From: Octopus bimaculoides
Lineage: Eukaryota
NCBI RefSeq assembly: GCF_001194135.2
Contig: NC_068995.1
Coordinates: forward strand, 24,974,540-25,038,539
Length of the DNA: 64,000 nucleotides
Direction of reading: 5' to 3'
Within the stretch, counting starts at the first letter, position 1. Each line of letters begins with the position of its first letter. The position numbers and the translations under genes are program-made. The notes under the pieces were generated by a model. That model did not search any database. It worked only from the letters and a program-made list of their open reading frames with translations, and was not told where the DNA came from. Of this stretch, positions 1-12,989 are shown in pieces.

Positions 1-1
1 T

Positions 2-873
2 GCCCAGGGAAGGACCCTGGATCTCGATGACAATCAGTTAGACAGCCTGTTTCGAAGAACATTCGGGCCGAGAACACTGGATAATTTCCAAAAGTCTTTG
101 GCCTGGCAGTGTTACCGAGGAGCCCTGTCTGTTCGGGATAAGCTCACCAGACACGGCCACCCTGGGCCGTCGGCCTGTTCAAGATGCGGGTAGGACGTGG
201 AAACCGTCCTGCACGCTATTGTTCAGTGTCCGGGTATATCAGAAGTGTGGACTTATGCAGAACATCTGTTGTCAGATGGGAGAAGAGTACAGTTATCGTC
301 TGAATCAATTCTAAAAATTAACCCGCCGGATTTCCTTACGGAAGGAGGTAAGAATTGTTTTCTCGTTGTAGTAGCAATTGCGAGAGAGGTGATATAGAAG
401 TTGAGAATGAAAGGTATTGTGGCAGACAGCTTTGTCTCCGGCCTCGCTTTGGTGAATGTTTTCACTTCTCACTTGAAAAGGAAGGTGGGGCTGGAAAGGA
501 AGTGTCTGTCAGAGTGTATGTTCCAAAAAAGATGGACGCGTGTAGCACGTATGTTGGGAGTGAAAGGCCCTGCGTGAGCACGTCATAGAGATTACCAAAG
601 GTGTCGGTAGAGAAGACAGGGCTCGTNNNNNNNNNNCACGTCATAGAGATTACCAAAGGTGTCGGTAGAGAAGACAGGGCTCGTGGGGTCGGAGCATTCC
701 TGTCTTTTAAACCCCATATTGTCTTTCATTGTATGTAAATGACTTTTGTGTCCCACTCGGCTTTTCATTCAGTCATTTTAAATTTTTACTCTCCTTTGTT
801 GTATATGACCACCAGATCATACTGTATTGTCCCCTCTATGTGCGCCGGTAATAGGCAATAAAAGAAAAGGAAA
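2..873 (+). mobile_element. 3' end of an L1/Tx1-clade LINE (ORF2 C-terminus plus 3' UTR), inactivated
   Basis: The frame starting at nt 2 reads ...SLAWQCYRGALSVRDKL...CSRCG*DVETVLHAIVQCP...VI*KLR...RWTRV..., the zf-RVT/CCHC knuckle of L1/Tx1 ORF2, with two in-frame TAG stops. It is followed by a T-rich 3' UTR, AATAAA at 857-862 and an A-rich tail to about 873. Confidence 0.8.
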
Positions 874-1589
874 CAGTCTCACTTCAGCTTCATAGTAATG
901 CGGATTCTGAGGAGGAATGGTGTGTTTCTACCTTCGGTACAATACCACCAAATGAATCTTCATTTGTTTCAAAACTTATCTAGTAATTTCAGCGATTCCC
1001 TATCCATGAGTTGACGACACTTTAGCTCTTTGAAGTAATTTGGCAAAATTGTCGGTATACGATGTCAAGAGCTAGTCAAGATTTAGACAAAATGAATCAA
1101 TAAATAGATACATAAGTGAATAAAAAAAGGTAAAATATTTGTATTTGAACCGGGTATCCAAAGGAATCGAACATCAGTATCGAATTGTATCAGTAGACAT
1201 CCTTGACATTACTCGAATAGAACTGAAAAATTCATCGAAAGGAAGTAAGGTGTATTGTCCACCTAGTTACGTTTAAGATTAAGATGCCACAGGTATTAAA
1301 TTGTTTTCAAGCACTTCGATGTATTTTATTTTTAATATTTTGATGCATTTGTATGTTCCATTGTCCTCATTGTTCTCCAGAACTAACTCTTAATATCACC
1401 AAACACCTCTCTCTCTCTCTCTCTCTCTCTGCCAGTATTTAAAACGTGATACAAAGTCATAAACAAATTAACTTTTATCACATCGAATTTTTTCCTTGTC
1501 CTAGTAACTCTCTGTACAACTTCTACATGCTTAAATCTATCGGAAATTCACAGCAAAGCTCTCTTACTCTTGAAAAACAATATTCTTGC

Positions 1590-2340
1590 CTTCCACAGTG
1601 ATTGACATGAAACCCTTCCTGCAAAGTTACATGCCATAGATATCCGCGTCTTAGACCAAAACTTTCTACTAAGACCATTCTATAATAGTGTGTGACGACG
1701 GAATTCCATTTACTCTGGTGTACTGTTATTTCTTACACGTTATCCTTTCAACATGTAAATGACTGTTTCCTGATACCTTTAACAATAGTTACTCAAGTGC
1801 TAATGATAACTCCCTATCCGTCTTTTCCTATAGACCCGTCATTCACATGCAATACAATTTACATTAGATACACACAAGACACAATATCAATAAATGTATG
1901 TGCAAGGCTTTACAATGATAGTCTTCAACAACCAAAACCAGAGTTCAAAGCCAGTCTACCTATTCAGGGACAAAAATACTTCAGCTCTTGAACATCACAT
2001 CAGAATACTGCTCACTTCTACCTAATTCTGAGCAACCACTACATACATAGACGCTTTAGATAGCATTAAAAGAAAATGGCAATCATGTTGCAGGCCTTAC
2101 CCTGCTGGTGTATCATGCTCTGTCCCTTTTAACTGGACTTGCACCACAAAATACAGCAACCTCTGCACCACCCATTTGATACACAAGTCTCACCACCCTA
2201 CATCAGCACAATGTGTCTTCAACAACCTTTAATAAAATATTTGCTTAAACTATTATTCTCAAACTGTAATTTTCAGCTCACTCTTATCCTCAATTTCAAA
2301 CAGAACATCAGCAAGGACTTCCCCCGGTGAGAAGGCCAAC
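1590..2340 (+). mobile_element. Highly decayed CR1/L2-like LINE, 3' RT region
   Basis: Fragmentary resemblance to CR1/L2 RT C-terminal sequence (e.g. LDSIKRK near 2055); many stops and frameshifts; boundaries approximate. Confidence 0.35.
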
Positions 2341-3731
2341 GAAAACTACAGACACTCTTCGTATTCCTTTGTCTAAGAAACAAAATAAATAATATTAAAA
2401 GTATTCAAGGCAAAAAATCAGATGTTGTCCATCTTTACAGGTGAGAGGAGTGACTGTTTCAACCAAACGATATGAAACAAAAAAAAAATTAGAGAAAGAG
2501 TAATTTGAAAGAAGTAAAAGAAAACACATGAATAGGAGTGCATAGTAGACTACAACAGTGGTGTATGGTATATTACAAAAGTGTGATGAATGTGAAGAGA
2601 GTACCGGAGCAGTGCAACAGTACGAGGGGGTGAATATAGTATCTGTAAAAAGCGCTAAAAGACAGAAAGAGTGTGTTGAAGACTAAATCGACAGAACAAA
2701 ATAGAAAGAGAGAGAGAATAATTAGATGGATGCATGAATTAAGAAAAAAGAACAGAAGTGTAAGACAGAATATTAGTGAGAAAGAGAGAGTAGGCGAAAA
2801 TATTAACAGTATATAAAAGGTTGGAAACGAACAGGAGAAATTAGTTTCGAGCTATGTATAGTATACACGCCTGTAGGGAGTGTTTGCAAATGTTATTAGC
2901 AGCAGCAGTAAAGTAACGGTGTGAAACTAAAGATTACATATGCATTCACAAATAAATAAATTATATCTTTGACAGAAACGGAGCGAAGCGATTTCGAAGT
3001 AGATGCAATGCTGTTTTAAAGAAATCACCTTGTGTTAGATAAAAAAAAAAAAAAAAGTGTAAGATTTTACAGTAGTCAACTGACGTTGATAAATTATAGT
3101 TTATAGTGGATGTCATTTCTATTTCAACCTCACCGCACTAAAAGGAAACTAAATATGGACTCTGATTGAATCATTGTATTCTCTTATTTTTTTTTAACTC
3201 ATATTACTTTCCTTTTTATTTTTCTGAACGATTTTACATCAACTCACTACAGAGACATACATATGGATGAATCTGTACATAGATATATGTCTCTCTTAAA
3301 TGTGCGTGTAGACGTGATGCTATTTTAATGTGAAAAAGAGCATCTCTTGAAAAGCACGAGTTGTTTGCTCCTAGTAAGGCCAACAGTGAAATCGAAAACT
3401 AGCGAAGACAGAAAGACACAACTAGAGAAAGACAGGGAAGTACAGCTCAATTGATGAGACGTGAGTGAGGGAAGGATAGGTAGATATTTCTTTAATGATT
3501 TCGCTAAAAAAAAAGACTCGTTATTGGATTGATTACTAGATGATTAGATAAATGATAGAGTGGAGAGAAAGAAAGAGTAAGCTTTTCTTTACCGTTGGAT
3601 TGTTTTCGTTTAGTATTTTGTATATCTGTTTATTCTATTCAGCATTATTGCATTCCAATTTAATTAATCCAGGTAAGCTATAAATATATTTATTTGCCTT
3701 TCATTCACACAAAAATACACACATCACATGC

Positions 3732-3735
<4 letters not shown>

Positions 3736-3775
<40 letters not shown>
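3736..3775. repeat. (TA)n microsatellite followed by mixed CA/TG repeats
   Basis: Directly visible. Confidence 0.95.
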
Positions 3776-3778
<3 letters not shown>

Positions 3779-5319
3779 AATATATACACATACATGCATC
3801 CACACACGTTTTTGTGTATGTGTGTGTATGAATATGTATGTGTGATTGCCTGTTGCTTTCTATATTTATCGAACTGCTATTTTTATTTTCAGCTAACATT
3901 TTAGGTAATTAATGTCACCGTGTAAAAAAACAAGCACCGACTTATGTCTCCAAACTATATCCCTTATTTCACAATTACATGACTGGTCAGCCGATCTTGT
4001 TTTAAGAATTTGTAGAAATTATTTTGGTTTTAATTAATGTGAAAGAACAAAGCAAACGCCGTACAAGTAACCCCTAAATAAGTCACGACTGTTTACTGGT
4101 TTCGATTCCCGGCTGTAGTACTTTCATTTCTCTTACGCCGCTGTGCATGAGAATAAAAGGGGTTTCGTTTAATCCAATTTTTATCATGTTTCCTCTATAA
4201 ATCTCTGTAAATGCTCAAATCTAGCACCGATCGTGGTTTTCACAAGAGAGAAGTAAACTACATCACTTCAGCACTGGCCGATACTTAGAATTCGGCGCCC
4301 TCATCTTTTTCCATATACATCTGATTTTTTTTTTTTTTGATAATTTTTAGATTTTGATAATTGTAATGGTCTACTATCTAAAAAATGTATGCTTCGATGT
4401 TCTAATTATTAGTGTGCCGATTTTTTAATACCATGAAATAAATATCTTATCTTGCAAACCAATATAATAAAAATGTACAGAGTATAAACGTTACATAAAC
4501 ACTAGTGCGCACGCACACACGCATGCATACCAACAGAGTACCCGTCGAAAACGACGGGTTATGTGAATATAGAATAAATTAGGCTAACGTAAAATATATA
4601 AATAAAGTGATGACATCTTCTTCGGATAATCTTCATCATTTTTCTGCATTTCTAAATTGAACAGTTTTTCTGTGGCTGAAAAATGCGTCTATTTGACATG
4701 GAATTTCCTGTTGTATATTTGAAAAGTCCGCATAACTCGCTGTTTCTCTGGGCTTGTACTTGTATTTTTTGTCTAACCTTCCTTTCTCGCACCAATCGCC
4801 GCCTTCTTTCATTCAAATATTCCATGTGTATAAGTTTTAATTTTTTAGAATAACGAAGGGTATATGTATAGAAATAAAAGTATACTGCAGGGCAAATGAC
4901 CGGTAACTTGATTAAATGAAAAAAGGATAAACTGGTAGCATAGATTTGGATACAGTCCTATTGATACAGATGTTTGCCTTCAAATATTGTTCGAGAAATG
5001 ATAACTTCCAAAAACCAACTATGAATTAGGTAGCATCTTAGTGAATGAGAGATGTGGAAATTGTGTCTCGATCAAAGAGAAAGATGGTTGGCATGGAATA
5101 AAATGCATCATAAATGCAAGATTTGCAGGAACAATATTTTCCGCTCTTGGTTTTTTGTCCAATAAAAATTAGTCCTTCCCTCTTCTGTTAGTCTATATTC
5201 TAATTCTTTCTTTCTCTCTCTCTTCTACACATTATACCTCATCTGACATTCCTAAATCATGAAAGAACCCACAACAAAAACAATTTTTATAAGTGTTGCA
5301 TGCAAATTGACCTTATGTA

Positions 5320-5545
5320 TGTGTTGTGTGTATGTATATATGTAAATATATGCATACATATATATAATACATGTATATCTATATGTATATAAATATATAT
5401 ACATATTTATATGCATATATATATGTATATAGGTGTATGTGTATATGTATGTATACATTGTGTATGTGTATATATTTATGCATACATTGTGTGTGTGTGT
5501 ATATATATATGTATGTATGTATGTATACAGTGTGTGTGTGTGTGT
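5320..5545. repeat. Compound (TA)/(TG)/(TATG) low-complexity tract
   Basis: Directly visible; it produces the spurious Y/I/M/C-rich ORFs at 5252-5672. Confidence 0.95.
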
Positions 5546-5599
5546 ATGGCTGTATGTAAGTACAAGCAAGGTTGTGTGGTTCAGAAGTTTAATTTGCAG

Positions 5600-5885
5600 C
5601 AACATGGTTCGTGGTAAATTTCTCAGTGTGTGGCACTTTGGGCAAATATCTTCTGCTGAAACCCTGGGCTGATTAATGTAGTGTGAGTGAATCTGGTTGA
5701 GGAAAACTGTGAAAACTTATTTTATGTACATGTGTGTCTTTGTCTTTGTTTCTGCCCCACCATAATTGTTTGGCAAACAGTCATTGTTTGTTTACATCCT
5801 GTATCCTAGCAGTTCAGCAAAAGAAACTGATATAAATATCAGCTGTGAAAAAATAAGCTCTGGGTTTCTGGAGTCAATTTGTTTA
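5600..5885 (+). mobile_element. Decayed tRNA-derived SINE (family A)
   Basis: Contains gtggcactttgggcaaatatcttct...gtgagtgaatctggt and cagttcagcaaaagaaactgat...ataaatatcag modules that match better-preserved copies at 37575, 44390 and 47750. Confidence 0.6.
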
Positions 5886-6181
5886 TCTTTTACTTGTTTC
5901 AGTCATTAAACTGTGGCCATACTAAGGCACCACCTTGAACTTTTAGTCGATGAATCGACCCCCACCCCAGTCTCTTTTGCTGAACCGCTAAGTTACGGGG
6001 ATGTAAACACACCAACACCAGTTGTCAAGCAGACAGGCTTCCTTCAGTTTCCATCTACCAAATCCACTCACAAGGTTTTGGTTGGCCTGGGACTATAGTA
6101 GATGACACTTTCCCAAGAAGCCATGCCGTGGGACATACCCAGAACCATGTAGTTGGGAAGCAAGCTTCTTAACACACAGTA
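5886..6181 (-). mobile_element. tRNA-derived SINE (family A), tail-to-tail with the preceding copy
   Basis: tttacttgtttcagtcatt...gctaagttacggggatgtaaacacacc...ctaccaaatccactcacaagg...aaccatgtagttgggaagcaagcttctt, the same module order as the other copies. Confidence 0.85.
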
Positions 6182-7529
6182 GCTGCGGTCCAATGACTGA
6201 GTGAAAAATAAAAAGAAACTAGCAATGATTCAAAACCTAACTGTTAGGTAACAAGTCAGATCAAATCACAATAGTTTTATGTGATTGGTCTGTTAAGCAA
6301 GCAACCAGCATCAAGCCATCACATGATTCAATCTTCTTGTGCCCTGTAAAAAGAACATTTTTGGCAGTAATTAATTGAGACAGCTGAGCAATATGTTTCT
6401 CCATTCTTGTCACACCAGACAGCATGCATTTTTACTGTCAGATAACACAAGAAGGTGGCTAAAACAGAGGCACAGATAAGTAACAGCAACCTCCATCACC
6501 ACAAATACAGCACAATTGTTTTCACTTATGTTGGGCAAGCCACAAGTTATTGTATTAATAAATTAATTGGCTACACAATTAGCCATTACTCATAGTGTAT
6601 GTGTAAATTTACAGCTTTATATGACCTTCATGGTGAAGTGTGTGTGTGTGTGTATATGTATGAGGTTTGTGTTATTCTGGTATAGTGTTGTTGTTAACTC
6701 TAAGTCAGTTCTGATTGAGCAGAATTGTGCTAAATGACAGTCCTACCATCAAATCAATCAACTCCATATAGCCTTCCTTCTGTATAGTTTTAAGTATTTA
6801 GATATTTCCATGAATATAGTCACTAATATCAAGTTATCAAGTATCTACTTGATAACTTTTAAGGTAGTTTTCTTACTTCTTATTTGTTGCTTAGATTTCA
6901 TATTGTATTTTCAAATGTCATAAGCAAAATTAATGTTTGCATTCTCACACAAGTATGGAGATAAAAAATGAACTTGCAAACAAATATAGTCAGTATGTAT
7001 ATTATAATGATGTTGATGATGATGTTTCGATTGACTTATAGAGTTTGTAAGGGACAGAAAGGAAACGAAAATTTGTCGTGTTCAGGCATGCTTTCAGCAT
7101 GAATGGGAATGACTAATGCATACACTTTATGCAGTTTCCTTGCAAATATGCTTTGCCATAGATGTAACTGTAGTAGATACACCAGTGTCAGTTCATAGAA
7201 TAGCAACCCAAAAGTTTTACCATACAAATGTCAACGTAGACTCATCATCATCATCTTTGTCATTGATCATTGTATTTTGCATTAGCAATATGTATTGTTA
7301 ATATTGGGTGCACCTGATCTTTAGAAAAGGTACACTATATCCTTGCTTGTTGTAAGAAGTGATTTAAAGAGTTGGCAACAGGAAAGGCATACAGCCATAA
7401 CGGTGCCTCAAAAACTTCTGTTCAACCCATGTCAGCATGAACAGGTGGGCAACTGTATTCAGGTTATATAGTCCGGCAATCATGTAAGCTATTCTAGCTA
7501 TATAAAACTGGTATCCGTGCCTAAATAAT

Positions 7530-7920
7530 GTAATAGATTTTATTCAGTTCAGAGGTGAGGAGGAATGTCCATATTATTAGAGAAGCCTGAGCAGTGAAAG
7601 AGTTCCGGATTGTTACTGTTTTGGGAAGTAAGGACTCATCAAAGTGTTTAATACAGAGTTGTAATGATGAGTAATGATAATGAGAGCTAAAGAATCAGAT
7701 AGCTTGTGTACTCTTGGATGGTATCTTATACACAGAAACTGTTGTTCTATCCATAGAAGAGACAGAAGTAGGATGTAATGTTGGGTTGTAATGTCTTGGT
7801 GATTCAAGGTTATTAGTTAGACAGCTTTATGTATCGGAGTTTACAATGCTTCATAGCAGTTACACTACTGCTTTAGATATGGAAGCAGTACTCTTATGAG
7901 AGTCTGAGCTGAAGTATTTT
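7530..7920 (-). mobile_element. Decayed CR1/L2 LINE 3' end
   Basis: The minus strand encodes TLMSPYFPKTVTIRNSF, resembling the SFFPRT..LWNSLP terminal motif of CR1/L2 ORF2. Confidence 0.5.
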
Positions 7921-10900
7921 CTATTCCATAAGAAATCTTCGGAATGCAATTTTTGGTGTGTTATACATTAAGTTATATAAATTTCTGTACTTATTTCTTG
8001 CAAATACAGAAAACGTAAAATTCAATGAATAAGGAAATGTAATTGTGACATTCATACTTTTAACTGAAATGCTTACATTCAGGATGTATATTATGGAATT
8101 CACTTGTTAATTGTTTACTTTTCATTAAATGCTTCTAAATTATGAAGTAAAACAGCTGTAAACTATAATATTTATTAAAACAGTGAATCGAGTTGATAAA
8201 AACTTCTGAAAATTTAATATTAAAACTGTTTGTAGAATTGTTTCAATATGAATTTGAAAATGCTAACTCATTGAAATTAAAAACTAGCTGTTGTCTAGCT
8301 ACATGATAAAATGAATTCTTGGATTTATCTGTCACTATTGTATAAAAGATAATGTTTAAGAATAAGTTGACAACATTGTTACTTGGAAGCTAACTGATAT
8401 GTGTTGAAATAAACACATTTGTACTAAGGAGGTCAGGTTCATATCTGATCACAAGCATAAAGAAACTCAGTTGTTAACAACTGACACATCTAACTCGAGA
8501 TACATAACATGACTGGAAGTAGACAGTTACAAAACCATAGAATTAATGACTATTTTGCCGTCTTGCAGTGCTAAGTTCAGTTCTTCCACTACTGGAAAAA
8601 GCTATCTGTAGTTGCCCTTAAGCAGACAGGCCATTGTCCCATGATCTACACCAGTGTTTCTCAAGCTGTGGTTCTTAAAATACATGTGCAATAAGTCAGT
8701 TATACTCCTACAATACGCAAAATATTTTAACAATTTTTTTTATACAGTTCCCAATAATATTTAATCATAAAAATATAATACAATTATTTTAAACATCAAA
8801 TGTCTATGAGCATCCACCTGAGTAAAATAGGAATCAAAGGGGCTGTAAAAATTGGTTGAGAACCACTGTTCTACACTGTTGTAATGTTTAGCTCAAATCA
8901 TACGACAATAGAGAAAAACCAAGTTGTGCTGTTAGCAAGGAATGAATCCCACCATGTTTGACCAGGTTGTGCAATATGACATTCTGCAGAGGGTTAATGG
9001 AAGACAAAAATAATGTAGACTCATGTGATTCTCTGAACATTAATAAGAAGTATGGTGAATTTAATTGTTTCAGGTGATGCATTATTGTCAATTTCTAAAA
9101 CATCTTGACCTGGCAATACTACTTGTATTATGCACTAACAATATGGGGGTAAGTTCAAGAGGCACAGTGAGAAAAAATTTGATACATTAGTTTGAAAAGA
9201 CAGTAGCCAAGTTGCTGATAAAACCTTAACTTTCCTTGAAGTGTAAGATGTGAAGATGAAAACAAGAGTGTCCTGCTCTTGGATAAATTTTATGAAATAT
9301 GTATAATGGTTAGTTTCAAATGAGCAAATGCTTTGTTATTCTGAGAGGGTAAAGAATACTTAATCAAAACAGGGTTCTCAGGAGATCACAACAATCTGAT
9401 TCTCAGTGAGTAGCTGTCCTCCTTTTATTTTGTTTTTGTTTTCCTTTATTTTATTTAATGCTTTCGTTTAGGAGGTGCTTAGTCTTGGATCTGTGAAATT
9501 ATGATGTTGATTTAAAGCCATGTTATTTCACATATTTGTTGCATAATTATTTGTGATGCATGGTTGTTTAATTAAGGCTCTTTTTTTAAATTTTATGTTG
9601 CATAATGTTTTATTGATTCATGGTTGAAACTTCTGTTTAAAACTACAAAACCTAACATGGTCAAATAATGAATATTAATGGAGAATAATTAATGCCAACA
9701 CAAATGACAAATGCTCTAAGACCAAATTTAGTAGAAGTCTAAAGAGATAAAATTTATATAAACTGTAGACAGACTACAACTAGTACACTGTCATTCAATA
9801 TGAAAAATAGAACCCTAATCAAACAAGCTGATTATATGACATAATAACAGAGAAAATGATTAAAACAGATATAATAGTTTAAAACAAAAAGTGTGTGTAC
9901 AGTGTGTGCATAATTATATCAGTAGGTATCATGATAAGGAAGAATACTAGGAAGCCTAAAATTGATTCCATTTGAAAACAAAAGATTCAACAGCAGATAA
10001 ATTGCAAGAGGAAGAAAATAGCTTGAAACAGCAAAACCCAAAATGTACCAAAAATAAATAAAATAGAAATAAAATTTCATAGAAACTCAGAATTCAAGAC
10101 AAACAGGATTTTAATATGAAATATTAATTCAGTAGTTGAAAGTGAGAACATAGTATTTTAGAAACAAATCAAACAAAATAAAATGTTTTGAGATGATAAA
10201 CAAGCCCTTTACAGGTAATTAAATATACAAAACAGAAAAGCTTCAACCAAGTAAAGAAAAAGAAGAAAAATATAGGCTGAAGCACTCTTATATTGCCAAA
10301 TGCTTTGATAAAATAATTAATAGCAAAACGGTTAATGCCAAGAAAATTAATCCTTCTACTAAATTACAGAGGTAGATAACTCTAAAAACTGCTTGCTGAT
10401 TTCTCATAGTTTGTATGAACACCTCAACAAAAGCAACCTTTGTAAAGAACAGAAGGAATTGTAAAAATCAGTTACTGATAAATAAGACAATATTATAAGA
10501 CTGCAGACAGAATCAAAAGAATTTATTGCTTGGATAGGCTCTAAAGATAAACATATTACTAGAATCATCTTTAAAAAACTAACTTGAGAAAAAAGATGGA
10601 AGCATTTATTAAAAACTAGCTGATGTCTAGCTACATGATAAAATGAATTGTCCCAGTAGCAAGGCACAGCTTCAGCATTGTAAACTGGAATGTCGTTGTC
10701 TCATATCTGTGTTTCTATGCTGGCATGGGTTAGATGGCTTGTCATTGTGTAAGTCAGTTCTAATTTGGAATGATAACCCTCTTCAATGGATTTTGGACCA
10801 CATCTCATTTGTGCATGATTAAAAATCCTGAAGAAACTAGACACAAAAACAAGAAATTCATTGACAAAATTTAGACTGCATCACCCAAAAGCTGACACAC

Positions 10901-11609
10901 ATCACACATATATCTGTGGGCAGACTGGAAGAAAAGTCTTCATTCAATTTAAGGTAGTATATAAAACTGATACAGTTGGAATAAACATATCTAAAAATAA
11001 GGAAAGTACTGTATATTTTTGCATATAACATGACCTTTAAATCCTAAAATTTACCCTAAAAATTTAGGGTCATCTACTATCTTTCTAAAAACCAAACTTT
11101 AAATTTTAAGTGATGTTACGAGCAAGTTAACTGCAACCTCGGTGTGGTAACCACAGACATACATGAACAGATTAACAAGATATTAAAAAAAGTATAATAT
11201 AGGTAATAAAAACATTTTTACTTTATATGTTATTGGCATATCTTCATAATAAATAGCCTATTTGAGAGATAATTCTAAATCATTGAAATCAACTTTTATC
11301 TATGCAAGCTAAGCTGAGAAAATGTAAGCATTGAGTTATGGTTGTGCTCACAGTAACCTTTATCTTTCATTAACCTTTCAAAAATTCTAATAGTGATGTA
11401 TAACTGTAGTAATAACATTTAGAATTACATATTTATATTTTTAATAAAATATCTATTATCATTTGATGGCAAATAACACAATTTGGATCACACACAACCT
11501 TAATTTTCCAATAAAGTTATTTTACAGTAGGTGTATTTAAAACATAAGACATTATAATTTTTTTTTTCCTATCAAAATAAATAATATTAATAAAACATCA
11601 AACCTGCCA

Positions 11610-12670
11610 CATGTATTTATCTAAAACCCATCAAATTCTTCACAATCATCACTATCTGTTTCTAAAAGTTTCTCACATATATCACAAGATTCATTACATA
11701 TGTCATCATCATAAGGATTCCAGTCTGGCTCTGGTGAATCAAAATCAACTTTGTCATTACTATTGTACAGAATATCATCTTCAGTACCATCCATGGCATT
11801 AGAGATACTGCATTTTTTTAAATGATTCTATCACATTTTCTACTTTAACTTTGTCCCATGCCTTTATAACAAAATCACAGAGAACTTCAAGTGAGGTAGC
11901 ATGCATAGCTCCACCATTTGTAAAAGATTTTCTCCATTCATCATCCTGTCATTCCATTGCTCTCTCACATTATCTTTAAATGGTTTGTTTAAACTGACAT
12001 CAAGTGGCTGTACAATAGAAGTCAAACCATCAGGAATAACAGCAATATCAGTATTGGTTTTGGCTAACTGGGTTTTAATATTTGTCGTTACATGGCTACG
12101 AAACATATCCCAAACCAATAAGCTGCGTTCGTTTCGTATTCCACTTGGCCACTTTTACAAATAGTCTCAATCCATAATTTCACACCACTCTCATCCATCA
12201 ACACTTTCTCGTGAAAATGAACAAAAACGCCAGGGAGAAAATCTGTTTTGGGCTATGTTTTACGTTTAAAAATAACCATAGGTTTTAATTTTGTACTGTC
12301 AGCCATGCTGCATAATATCACCATAAACCTCGTTTTCTCATATCCTGTGCTTTTAATGTCCACTGTTTTTACTCCTTTCAAATCTACCGTTTTGTTACCC
12401 AGCATGTCAAAGTTTAATGGAGTTTCATCTATATTTCCAATATGAGACAATGAAAACTGATGCTTTTTTTCTCAGCTGGATGATGAACTGGTGAAAGCTG
12501 GTTACTTTGTGATGGAAAAATCTCGGGAGTTTTTGAGTGATTTTTATTTTCTCCCTTATTACCAGATTTTTTCCTGTTCATAAAACGATTGCACCAGCCT
12601 ACTGTTGCTTTAAAATCTCTGCATATTGATATGGGTATAAAATAATTATAAATTTCACTTGACAAGACAG
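11610..12670 (-). mobile_element. pogo-superfamily (POGK-like, DDE_1) transposase remnant, frameshifted
   Basis: Minus-strand ORFs contain FKATVGWCNRFMNR (CENP-B HTH), IGNIDETPLNFDM...TGYEKTRF...KLKPMVIFK (first D) and VWDMFRSH...AVIPDGLTSIVQPLDVSLNKPFK (second and third D). Pogo-like terminal sequence tactgtatatttttgc at about 11007 may be one end of the element. Confidence 0.9.
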
Positions 12671-12989
12671 TTTATGATCTTATATGAAGTGTAGGTAAAT
12701 GGTTATTAATATGCCAGACTGACTGTAACTGTTTAGAACATTTCAGTCATATGAACCACCATTATCATATTGTTAGCGGTTGTTATGATAGTGATAAAGT
12801 TTTAATCCAGTTCCCTATTAGGTGGTGTGTGTATGAAAAAACATAATATAGAAATGGATTTGTTATTTTGTTTATTTCAATTTCCAAGGATGTAGCAAGT
12901 AAAAAAAAAACATTTGTAATAATATCATCTTTATATGACTAATATTTCTAAAGATACCTGTTGTTGCAAAAGCTAGCCTGTACACAGTT

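Noticed and set aside
579-684. 48-bp exact direct duplication
   Set aside because: The copies sit on either side of a 10-N gap, the typical unmerged contig overlap; treated as an assembly artefact.
887-1008. Possible minus-strand first exon of a divergent gene (ATG at about 1008, GTGAGA donor near 881)
   Set aside because: The ATG frame stops after 12 codons and no frame resembles a protein I recognise.
5252-5672. Overlapping 60-117 aa ORFs rich in Y/I/M/C/V/H/T
   Set aside because: These are translations of dinucleotide microsatellites; the same applies to 3705-3899, 38131-38806, 50865-51107, 54191-54446 and 62973-63498.
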